From Pelagomonas calceolata (taxonomy: Eukaryota), in assembly GCA_918797485.1 (NCBI GenBank), contig CAKKNE010000005.1, forward strand, positions 1,798,001 through 1,862,000: a stretch of DNA of 64,000 bases, read 5' to 3'. The notes under the pieces were generated by a model. It was not told the DNA's origin. It searched no databases and saw only the letters and a program-made list of their open reading frames with translations. The position numbers were made by a program, and so were the translations under genes. This document shows positions 23,270-32,266 of the stretch, piece by piece; the stretch's first letter is position 1; the number at the start of each line of letters is the position of its first letter.

Positions 23270-25436
23270 CTACGACGTGAAGGCCTCCCGGACGCCCCCC
23301 TTGAGCCACTTGTCGCAGCGCTTGGCGGCCGTTTTCTCTTTCAGCTTCGCGAACCACTTGATCGACGGCCGCGGGCACTCGCCGCGGGTGATGGGGCCCG
23401 CGAGCTTGTCGTGGACAATCCGCGCGCCGGCGGCCTTCAGGGAATCGTGCGCGGAGAGGTAGCGCGAGAAGTAGCACAGCGCATGTTCCAGGTCGACCGC
23501 GGTGAGGCGCTTGCGCTTGCCGTCGGCGTCCTGCTGGAAGGGGAAGCGCAGCCCCAGCGCCTGGAACCGCGCCTCGGCGTTCTCGGCCAACCACGCGAGG
23601 CGTTTTACCGCCTCGCTCTTGCCGAGCTGCACGCCCCCCCACATCTTTTGTACGACGCCCTCCGGACCCGGCCCGCACAGGCAAAACGACTTCATCGTCG
23701 TGGCGTCGAGGTTCGGCGCAAATCTCGAGACGTCGCCCTTGCAGACCCCGAAGAAGAACGTGCACAAGGCCTGTCCTCCCACGTAATCACCGACGCCGGA
23801 TAAGATCAACAGAGCGTCACACGCGTCCGCCCAGGTCCGGGCCGCCCTCAACGCCGCGACGACGTCGTCGATCTCGTACAGGCGCAACGGCAGGTACGTC
23901 AGCAGGCGCTTGCCCTGGTTCTGGAACGAGCCGGCGAACTTCGGCTTGCCGAGGTCCCAGAGCGTTTCCGCGAAGGCCACGAAGCTCCAGATCTCCTCGC
24001 GCGACGAGGGGAAGTTCGCGCCGCCGAGCCCGCCGAGTGTCGACGGTGCGCGGAACCCGCCCTCCGGCGTCGTCGCCGTCCAGGCCTTGTTCACGTTGGG
24101 GAGCCAGTTGTCCATCTCTGTGTGGAAATCAAATTTTGGATGCCCCACGCCATCGACGCGACGTCGTCCCCGTAACTGCATCTGCTCGATGGCGTGTAGA
24201 TTGCACGCCATCGACGCGAGGATAACTAACTCACTGTTTGATTTCCACACAGCTAGGCGCCGTGGACGCACATTAATACGGCTTGGCCGACCCAGGCGTC
24301 GCTGCCCTGCTGGAGCCCCGCGTGCTCGAGCTTCGCGCGGACGAAGTCGCCCATCGTGACCGTGCCCGAGTCGAGGCCCCGGCCGACGTTGCCCATCTTG
24401 CCCAGGCTCTGAATCAGCGGGCCGTGGTCGAAGCCGCCTTTGCCCGCCTCCGGCAGCGTAGCGGCCGGGAGCGCCTTGCCGTCGGCGCTCACGACGGTTT
24501 CCGACGGGTACATGAGGCGCCGCGTCGTCGCGCGGTGGTACAGGAACTGGTAAACGAGCTTGCAGAGGCGCTGGTCCTCGGGCGGGCCGCAGGGCTTCGT
24601 CGCCCTCGCGGTCTTGCGGCGTTTCTTGGGCCGCGGCGGCGCCTCGGCGAAGCGCCACGGCTCGGGAGCGCAGTCGTCGATCTCGGGCGGCGCGCCGGCG
24701 CCGGCGAACGGCTCGTCCTGCATCACGTGAGAGTGCGTTTCCCCATCGGTGTAGGCCTGCGGCGAAAAATCGACCGGTGAGTCGGGCGCGCGCGGCCGCG
24801 AGTCGAGCGGCGAGAGACCACACCGCCACGCCGTCGTGCTGATGTCGCGTCGATGGCGTGGAGGCCACGCTTCCGCGGTGGCGGCGCCGCGCCGCGACAA
24901 TTTGATTTGTGCACCGGTGTCGGCGATCTTGAGCTCGCCCTCGCGCTTCCCGACGACGCGGCCGAGGAACCACTTGGCGTCGCCGGCCCAGTACACCTCG
25001 ACCCAGCGGTGCAACGCGCCGTCTCGCGGCTTCTCCGCGGGCGGCGCGCGCGCAAGGCACGCCGCCGGCAGCCTGTCGGGCTCCGTGTCCCCGTTCTTCC
25101 AGGTCACGCGCCAGGCGCCTGCGTGGAAATCAAATGTCGGGCACCCCACGCTATCGACGCGACGTCGTCTCGGCAGCCGCGTCCGTTCGAGGGTGTGGAG
25201 TTTCCAGGCCATCGACGGTGTCGCCGTGCTCGATGGCGTGGCGGTTGATTTCCACCCGGGTCGGCGCCGCCCTCCTGCTCCCCCAGCGTGCATTCGTACC
25301 AGCCGTCGTCGCCCTCCAGGTGGCCGAATCGCACGTACGCGGTCGCGCCGGGCTGCAGCCAGGCGTGGTCGTTCGGCTGAACGGGCACGAGCGACTCCAG
25401 GAACTCGCGCGCCGGGGCGCCGCCCGGCAGCGCCAT
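23270..25436 (-). CDS. Tudor-like x2 fused to aGPT-Pplase1 / 5-hmdU DNA kinase helical (HhH-glycosylase-fold) domain. Exons 25436-25268, 25118-24925, 24756-24261, 24117-23270; 568 aa
   Basis: After removing three introner introns: two Tudor-like units (YVRF..GWYECTL..WRVTWKNGD; WVEVYWAGDAKWFLGRVV..LKIAYTDGET), then FLYHR, KMGNVGRGLDSGT, LSGVGDYVGGQ, CGPGPEG, RLTAVDLEHALCYFSRY. Exon sum 1707 nt is in frame. Confidence 0.78.
24118..24260 (-). mobile_element. Introner intron (143 nt, GC-AG); element 24118-24252, TSD not recognisable
   Basis: Perfect 16-bp TIRs CTGTGTGGAAATCAAA / TTTGATTTCCACACAG. A GC donor exactly 8 nt outside the TIR restores the frame (MCVH|EMDNW). Confidence 0.85.
24757..24924 (-). 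mobile_element. Introner intron (168 nt, GC-AG); element 24757-24916, TSD GTGTAGGC/GTGTCGGC
   Basis: Degenerate TIRs CTGCGGCGAAAAATCGA / TTTGATTTGTGCACCG; internal GTCGCGTCGATGGCGTGGAG motif; 7/8 TSD; splice restores Tudor LKI|AYTDG. Confidence 0.85.
25119..25267 (-). mobile_element. Introner intron (149 nt, GC-AG); element 25119-25259, TSD CCAGGCGC/GTCGGCGC
   Basis: TIRs CTGCGTGGAAATCAA / TTGATTTCCACCCGG; 5/8 TSD; splice joins two ORF-track frames (EQEGG|AWRVTW). Confidence 0.85.
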
Positions 25437-25861
25437 ACTATGATGGCACGACGCGAGGCCCCCTTGGGCCCCCGTGCGTTTTTCAAAAGGCCACGCTCCC
25501 TCCCGACGACAGGCGCCGAGCAGCGAGCAAGCGAGCGCCGCGGGCCCTCGTGCGGTTTATTCGCCCGCGCGACAGGCCGAGCGAGCTTTCGCTCGCAACC
25601 TACTAGTAGCCCTAGGAAGGGCCCGTGCTCCCGGACAGCTCCCGTGCGGTTGCACCCAGGACTCAGTGTGCGGGAAACCGAGGCGTGCTAGGCGCCTTAA
25701 GTATTTTTCAGCTACTAAGCCGGCGTGCTTGGCAGAGCTATTTGGCTGCGTGAACGTATTTGCTGCGGGCTGCAAGCGCGTCCGAGATGCGCATGCGCAG
25801 GAGTCCAGAGCAAAGAAAACGGGGGTGATTCGGTGGCTCCTCTCCGTGCAGAGCAGACACG

Positions 25862-26746
25862 ATGAGGGCAGTCCTCCTGCTTGGCTGCTCGGCCGCAGCG
25901 CTAGCCCCGCAGACGGCGCCGCCGCGGCGCGGCGTCGCCGCGGCAGCCAAAAAGAAGGCCAGGGCCGCGGGCGGCTTCGGCGCCAAGCCGAAGCCCCCGA
26001 AGCGGCCCGCGCTCGGCAAAGCCGCGGCGAAGCTCCTGGACGAGCTCGGCGGCGACGTCGACGCCGCGCAGGCCGCGCGCTTCGACTCGTACATGGAGAA
26101 GCTGCGGGCGAGCGACCCGGAGCTCTTCGCCGACGTGGCCCGCGCGCGGCGGTGCGACCCCGCCGCGCCGGCGCGCGGCCGCGACCGGCTCCTCGCGATG
26201 ACCTGGGACACGGTGGCGGACTACCTGCCGGTCGAAACGGCCGACGCGGCCCTGGACGCGCGGCTCGCGCGCGTCGCGGCCTTCGCGCGCGGCCGCTGCC
26301 TCGACGTCGGCTGCGGCGACGGGGCCATGGTGCCGCACCTGAAGGCGCGCGCCGCGTACTGCGGCGTCGACCTCTCGGCGCGCATGGTCTCCCTCGCCCG
26401 CCGGCGGCACCCCGACGCCCGCTTCGAGCGCGCGGGCTTCTTCGAGTTCGTCGCGGGGGGGGAGGAGGCGGCCTGGGACACGATCCTCTTCGTCGCGGCG
26501 CTGCAGTTCTTCCCGGACGTCGACGCGGTGCTGGCGGCGTGCGCGGCCCGCCTCGCGCCGGGCGGCCGCGTCGTCGTCGCGCACGGGCGCGGCGCCGCGT
26601 TCGTGCGCGAGGAGCGGCGCGGGAACCCGGCCGTCGTGGAGGCCCTGCCGGCGGTCGAGGACCTCCTCGCGGCCGGGGGCTTCGGGCTGGTCCACGCGGA
26701 GGAGGACCTCGACGACTTCTACCTCGTGGTGCTGGAGAGGGCGTAA
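25862..26746 (+). CDS. Class I SAM-dependent methyltransferase with signal/transit-like N-terminus
   Basis: CLDVGCGDG, GVDLSARMV, WDTILF, LAPGGRVVV. Confidence 0.85.
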   Translation: MRAVLLLGCSAAALAPQTAPPRRGVAAAAKKKARAAGGFGAKPKPPKRPALGKAAAKLLDELGGDVDAAQAARFDSYMEKLRASDPELFADVARARRCDPAAPARGRDRLLAMTWDTVADYLPVETADAALDARLARVAAFARGRCLDVGCGDGAMVPHLKARAAYCGVDLSARMVSLARRRHPDARFERAGFFEFVAGGEEAAWDTILFVAALQFFPDVDAVLAACAARLAPGGRVVVAHGRGAAFVREERRGNPAVVEALPAVEDLLAAGGFGLVHAEEDLDDFYLVVLERA

Positions 26747-27606
26747 GAGACTTGCCTCACGCGGACTCGGGTCGACCAGCGTCGCGGCGAGGCGAATCTC
26801 AGACGATGCGGGGCGGAACACGGGGCCCGGGATCTACCGCCGTACCCGGTATTAGGTGCTGCCAGCGCACCACTGGCAGCACGGGGGTGTCTCCTAATTT
26901 GAGATTCGAGTTCCCAGCCACTAATGCGCCGGCGATTTTGGCTAAGGGGTCCCAAAGGGTCCCTTTGTACGCCCCGTGACCGGGATGGGGGGAAGGGGTC
27001 ACTTTCGAGGCGAGACGTGGTCGCGAAGTTGCCCATCTGGGGCCTAACGTGCGGGTATTTCAGGGACCTCTGGACTGAAAAATCAAAACTCGCTTCCATG
27101 CTGGTATTTTGGTCTCCCAGGGGCCCTCGGGTACCTATGGCGTGGGATGGATGCGTTGGTGCGGCTGGGTACCCGATGGGCTGCCAGATAGGTCGCCTGA
27201 CGCGGCACGAAACGCCACTGGCGCGACCTTCGCAGGCCACTAAAATTTCCAAACCTAATCGTTTCGCTTACCCGTTTCGGTCACGTCCTAGAGGGGTATA
27301 TAGGCCCCTCTGGCTCAATTTGCCGGAACACCAGACGTCTAGTTATAGAGATACGGCAAATTTGGGGTTCGGTGTCACCCCCCGTGCCAGCGCTTCTCAT
27401 CATGCCCTACATATGTAAATAAAATAAATAAACTTGAATAAATAATAAGTTGAAGGAAGGATTATCCTAAAGGGCAAGGACATACACCAAGCGTGTGCGA
27501 CAAAGGCCCGCCCGGGCCGCCGTCTGAGAGACGGAGACCCCAGGGGTGGCGCGACTCGGAGTACTAGTATCGGCGGCGCTCGCTACGAATAATGTACCGC
27601 TCTGAG

Positions 27607-29217
27607 TTAGTTCGCCCGCCCGCCCGCGACGCCCAGCGTGGGCCGCGTCCCCGGGAGCAGCTTCTTGGGGGAGACCTCGGCGAAGAGGTGGGCGCCCAGC
27701 TCCGAGACGCCCGGCGGGGGCACGGAGTACTCGAAGAGCGACCGCGTCGGCGGCGCCGCGGCGACGCGGACGCGCGCCTGGGGCGCGAGGTGCGCGCCGG
27801 AGAGGAGGTTGAACGTCTGGGCGCGCTGCGCGGGCGACTGGCGCGCGCCCAGGCGGCCGACGACGGGCTCCTTCGCCGCCCCCACGGCGCCCCAGTCGGG
27901 CGCGCCGACGAGCTTCAGGTTCTCGTCGTCCTCGTCGTCGGCGCCGCCGCCGGGCGCCGCCTCGGGCGTGGGCACCCGGGGCTTGCCGCCGGCGAGCGGC
28001 GAGACGGCGTCGCCGGGCAGCGCCGCGGCGGCCGCGGCGGCGCGCCGCCGCCGCGCCGCCGTCGCGTCGTCGTCGTCGTCCTCGTCGTCGTCGCCGGCGC
28101 CGGCGCCGGCGCCGCCGTCGACGGTGACCGGCGACCGCGCCCGCGTCTCGACGTCCGCGTCGAGCCGCGACTCGGCGAACAGGGACCCTTCCTCCTCGTC
28201 GCGCAGCGACTCGTACTCGGCGCGGCTCAGGTGCGACGCGTCGCGCTGGCGCGCCATGCCCTCGACGCGCTTGGCGCCCTGCGCCGCGGCGACGCCGACG
28301 CCGGGCCCGAAGCCCGAGTCGCCCGACAGCAGGGGCGGCTGCTCGAGGCCGCCGACGAAGAAGCGGCGCGCCGCCGCGACGTGCGCCTTCTCGCGCGGCG
28401 GCTTCTTCCCCGGGGCCGCGGCGCGCGCGCGCGGCGCGCGCGGCGCGGCCGGGGCCCGGACCTTGAACGCGGGCGGCGCCGGGGCCTTGTCGAGGGGCTT
28501 GAGCTCGCAGACGGCGCCGCCGGGCAGGACGACCGCGGCGCGGCCGCGCTGCTTGAGCGCGCGCAGCTGCGCCGCGACGCGCTGCTCCTCCTCGTCGAGG
28601 CGGTCCCGGGCCGCCCGCGCCGCCAGGGCCCTGGCGCTCTTCGGCCGCGCGTCCTCGGCCTCGGGCCAGTTGAACTGGGTCGTCTCGGCGAACGCGTACG
28701 CGCCGACGGCCATGCCCCAGTCCTCCTCCTCGACGTCCAGCAGGACCGGGCCGCCCGCCGGCGCCCGGGGCGCGCGCTTGCGGCCCGTCCGGGACCGCGC
28801 GGACCGCGCGGACGTCCGCGACGACGGCGGCCCCTCGGACGCCGCGGCGTCGGCCGCCGGCGGCGGCGTCCGCGGGCGCGGCCGGGGCCGGCTCGCGACG
28901 ACGCCGCGCGCCCAGCTGTCGATGATCGGCGGCGCGGGCTCGGCGGGCGCGGCGGCCAGCTGCGCCGCCGTCGGCCGGTCCGGCTCGAGCGTCGCCCACG
29001 CGACCGCGATGTTGAGCTGGCGCATCAGGTCCGCCGCGACGAACGCCGGCGCCAACTTGTCGAGCTCGTTCTGTTCCGCGCGCGCGAAGGCCGCCTCGAT
29101 CCCCTCCTCGACCGCCTCCCGCGCCGCCTCGGCGAGGGCCGGCCCGTAGTCCGGGGCCTCGTCCGCCGCCTCCGGCGCGGCCTCGGGCCCGGGGGCCGGC
29201 TTCTTCTTCTTGGCCAT
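27607..29217 (-). CDS. Hypothetical protein with EPAPPIIDSWARG motif (C2orf81/DUF4639-like)
   Basis: 536-aa ORF with host-like codon usage; motif recalled, not verified. Confidence 0.6.
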   Translation of the reverse strand: MAKKKKPAPGPEAAPEAADEAPDYGPALAEAAREAVEEGIEAAFARAEQNELDKLAPAFVAADLMRQLNIAVAWATLEPDRPTAAQLAAAPAEPAPPIIDSWARGVVASRPRPRPRTPPPAADAAASEGPPSSRTSARSARSRTGRKRAPRAPAGGPVLLDVEEEDWGMAVGAYAFAETTQFNWPEAEDARPKSARALAARAARDRLDEEEQRVAAQLRALKQRGRAAVVLPGGAVCELKPLDKAPAPPAFKVRAPAAPRAPRARAAAPGKKPPREKAHVAAARRFFVGGLEQPPLLSGDSGFGPGVGVAAAQGAKRVEGMARQRDASHLSRAEYESLRDEEEGSLFAESRLDADVETRARSPVTVDGGAGAGAGDDDEDDDDDATAARRRRAAAAAAALPGDAVSPLAGGKPRVPTPEAAPGGGADDEDDENLKLVGAPDWGAVGAAKEPVVGRLGARQSPAQRAQTFNLLSGAHLAPQARVRVAAAPPTRSLFEYSVPPPGVSELGAHLFAEVSPKKLLPGTRPTLGVAGGRAN

Positions 29218-30195
29218 GGCGACGGGCGCGCCGGGTCTCGCTGCTCTCGTTAGTTAGCGCTGCTCTCCGCAAACTTGCTATACCTTTGTATCTAGCAAGA
29301 GTATGTCGCAGCGTTATGTAAGGTAGCAGGCTCCTAGCTCACCAGCCAAAGGCTGGGCCAACCTAACTACGAGAGTGTTTTATGGTAAATTGGTTTACAC
29401 CGTAGTGTCGATAGACACTCAATGTATAGACTCAAATTTAGAGAGTGGGAGATACATATCTAGGGTAGGATGGGCTACTACCTACGGTAGTATTGGTTCA
29501 GGGGGAGTACAGCGATTGTGCTATGATACTGCAGCTACCTTTATCTAGAGCTCCTCTCAGGTTCTAGTAGATATCAGAGGCTAGTGGCCTGTATCTTAGG
29601 ATACTTCCTTCTCCCTCTTAATCTCCTTTATTCCAATTCTGTCTTCTCACTGAGTCAGGGTTGAGGGGGTTCCCACACTCTCACGTTTCAGTGAGAGTTC
29701 TTCCTGTTGGCATCTCCGTGTCACATTGACACCCGAGAGACCTAGCTACCACAGCTGCATTGTGCACTTGCTGCACCCAGCTCATTAGACACCAGCACAT
29801 ACCGAAGCTAATATCGCTGAACGGATAGAATAGGCCTAGTGAATACAGTACGGTACCTACGGTACTGTAGCCGTAGCAGATCCGCGCTGCTGCCTCCTCT
29901 TCCTCCTGTGCTGCCTCGTCCCTCGGGCAGCGCCCATCGTACACCGCCTGAATACGGGCTTCGGGTCGCGCGTCGAAGTAAGCAAGGCGAAACACGCGGC
30001 TAGGCGACCAGGCCGGTCGGCTTCCTGATGAGTACACGGGCATAATCATTTAATCAATAGCTATAGTTGGCGTTCGGGGATTACTTCCTCCCAAGAAACT
30101 GGCTAAAATGGTGAGCAACGAATGTGGTTCCCTTCTTGGAGCGTAAAGGTCCGGGATCATAAGCAAGCCGTTTAACAATCAAGAGAGCGGACGCG

Positions 30196-31338
30196 ATGAC
30201 GACGGCGACCAAAGGCGCCGACCTGGACCGGCGCATGTACGCGCTGGGCCCGACGGCGCTGGCGGACGAGGCCGCGAGCCTGCTCTGGGACGACGGGCGG
30301 CGTAGCCTGTACGCGGGGGACGCCGCGGGCTGCGACGCGGCGGCGGCGCCGGGCCTGACGCCGCTGCAGCGCGAGGTCCTCGGCGCCGCGACGCTGCTGC
30401 GGCGCCTGTGCGACGAGGGGCCCGAGTGGCGCGTGGCCGCCTGCGAGGCCCTGGCGGCGGCGCCGGCCGCGGTCGACACCGCGCTCGCGCTGCTCGCGGC
30501 CCCGCCGCGCTTCGGGACGGGCGCGCCGGCGGGCGCCTGCGCCGCGCGCCACGTCCGGCCCCGCGACGCGGCGGCCGGCGCGGCGGACGCGCCGCCCGAC
30601 GCCCTGGGCGCCGGCGCGGCCGCGGTCATGCGCCGCGGGCCCGCGGGCCTCCTCGCCAGCGTCGCGGCGGCGACGCACCCCGTGCTCGCGACGGTCGCGG
30701 GCTCGCGCTGGTGGCCGCGCGCGGCGGCGGCGCTGGCGCGCCTCGCGCGCGGCGAGGGCCACGGCGACGACGCACTGAGGGACGTCGCCGCGGACGCGCT
30801 CCGCCTCGTGCTGTCGGTCGGGCCGGTCCGCGCGGCAGCGCCCCTGGCCGCGGCGGACCGGGACCAGGTCTGCGGCGCCGGCGCGGACCTCGCGTGCGCC
30901 CGGGACCGCCGCTGCCTCGCCTGCTGCCGCCCGGCGACGCTCGCGTGCGCGTGCCGGCGCGTCGTCTTCTGCCGCCGCGGCCGCGGCGACTGCCAGCGCC
31001 GCGTCTGGCGCCAGCACCGGGCGGGCTGCCGCGCGGCGGCGCCCGCGCCGGTCGCCGCCCGCCCGGCGCCGGTGCCCCCCCCTCCGCCGCGGCGCGACCC
31101 GAGCGCCGCGATGAAGGCGTACGACGAGGCCTGGGCGCGGGCGACCGCCCGCGCCTCGCCGCTCGACTACAGCCGCTTCGAGAAGATCGACGTGTCCGAC
31201 GACGAGGAGCCGCCGCGCGTCGAGCAGCCCTACGCCGCCCGGTCCATCGAGTTCTGCCACCCGTCGACGTGGAAGCCGCCGCGCGCGCCCGTCGCGCGCG
31301 CGAGCGACGTCTCCCACCCCTCGAGCTGGGGCTGTTAA
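30196..31338 (+). CDS. MYND-type zinc finger protein
   Basis: CLACC..LACACRRVVFC..DCQRRVWRQHRAGC; C-terminal LDYSRFEKIDVSDDE. Confidence 0.7.
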   Translation: MTTATKGADLDRRMYALGPTALADEAASLLWDDGRRSLYAGDAAGCDAAAAPGLTPLQREVLGAATLLRRLCDEGPEWRVAACEALAAAPAAVDTALALLAAPPRFGTGAPAGACAARHVRPRDAAAGAADAPPDALGAGAAAVMRRGPAGLLASVAAATHPVLATVAGSRWWPRAAAALARLARGEGHGDDALRDVAADALRLVLSVGPVRAAAPLAAADRDQVCGAGADLACARDRRCLACCRPATLACACRRVVFCRRGRGDCQRRVWRQHRAGCRAAAPAPVAARPAPVPPPPPRRDPSAAMKAYDEAWARATARASPLDYSRFEKIDVSDDEEPPRVEQPYAARSIEFCHPSTWKPPRAPVARASDVSHPSSWGC

Positions 31339-31355
31339 GTTTAACTGTATTCCGT

Positions 31356-31937
31356 TTATTTATTCGCCCCCCCGAGCCGCTCGATGGCCACGCCGGACAC
31401 CTCGGAGAGCTCGACGCAGACCGGGTCGTTGCGGTAGTCGTCGATGTAGTGCACCTTCCGGATGCCCGCCGCGACGAGCGACTTGAAGCAGTTCACGCAG
31501 GGGTAGTGCGTGACGTAGGCGCAGCCGCCGCCGAGCGAGATGCCCACGCGCGCGGCGTGCGCGATGGCGTTCTGCTCGGCGTGCACCGTGGCCTGCTCGT
31601 GGCCGTGCGCCATGATGGACTGGTGCGGCGCGCCCTGGAAGAAGCCGTTGTAGCCCATGCTGAGCACGCGCCGGTCGCGCACGACGACGCAGCCGACGTG
31701 CAGGCGCTCGCAGGGCGAGCGCGCGGCCGCGAGCAGCGCCATGCCGCCGAAGTACTCGTCCCACGACACGCGCTGGTCGCGGGCCGCCTCCTTCGTCAAC
31801 GCCTTGACGCGGCCGAGGAAGCCGGCGGGCCCCGGCGCCTCGGTGGTGACGCGCGCGCGCTTGGCCGGCGCCGGCTCCGGCCCGGGCACCTCGGCGGCAG
31901 CCGCTGCCACCGCCGTGCCGCGCTTCTTGGACGCCAT
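31356..31937 (-). CDS. dCMP deaminase (DCTD/ComEB family)
   Basis: SWDEYF..A..RSPC..VGCVVV..MGYNG..HAEQNAI..THYPCVNC. Confidence 0.93.
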   Translation of the reverse strand: MASKKRGTAVAAAAAEVPGPEPAPAKRARVTTEAPGPAGFLGRVKALTKEAARDQRVSWDEYFGGMALLAAARSPCERLHVGCVVVRDRRVLSMGYNGFFQGAPHQSIMAHGHEQATVHAEQNAIAHAARVGISLGGGCAYVTHYPCVNCFKSLVAAGIRKVHYIDDYRNDPVCVELSEVSGVAIERLGGANK

Positions 31938-32266
31938 TGCTGCACCAATACTCTTCAAGGTGCGCTATGAGCAGTCCAAACACCACAGAGGTAGGTAGTC
32001 GGTTCGAATTGGTAAAACTAGTGGGTTATAACTAGCTCAATTATCGCTACGGGTAACGACAAATTCGTCAATCAGGACATCAGGAGTAGCTTACTCGGTT
32101 ACAGATTCGTCAATCATTACAAAGAAACCCGTGCCGGACAAGGTGAATTAATTTCTACCAGTTTACATTTTGCGCATGCGCCAACAACATGGGGCAGCCG
32201 CTTGGGGCCCCAAGCATGAGCTATAGCAAGCAATAACATGTGGGGCAGCACCTCGCGCCGGAAGCT

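Noticed and set aside
26879..27388. Possible TIR element (GCACGGGGGTG ... CACCCCCCGTGC)
   Set aside because: The match is only about 11 bp with an indel and there is no convincing TSD; it cannot be supported without other copies.
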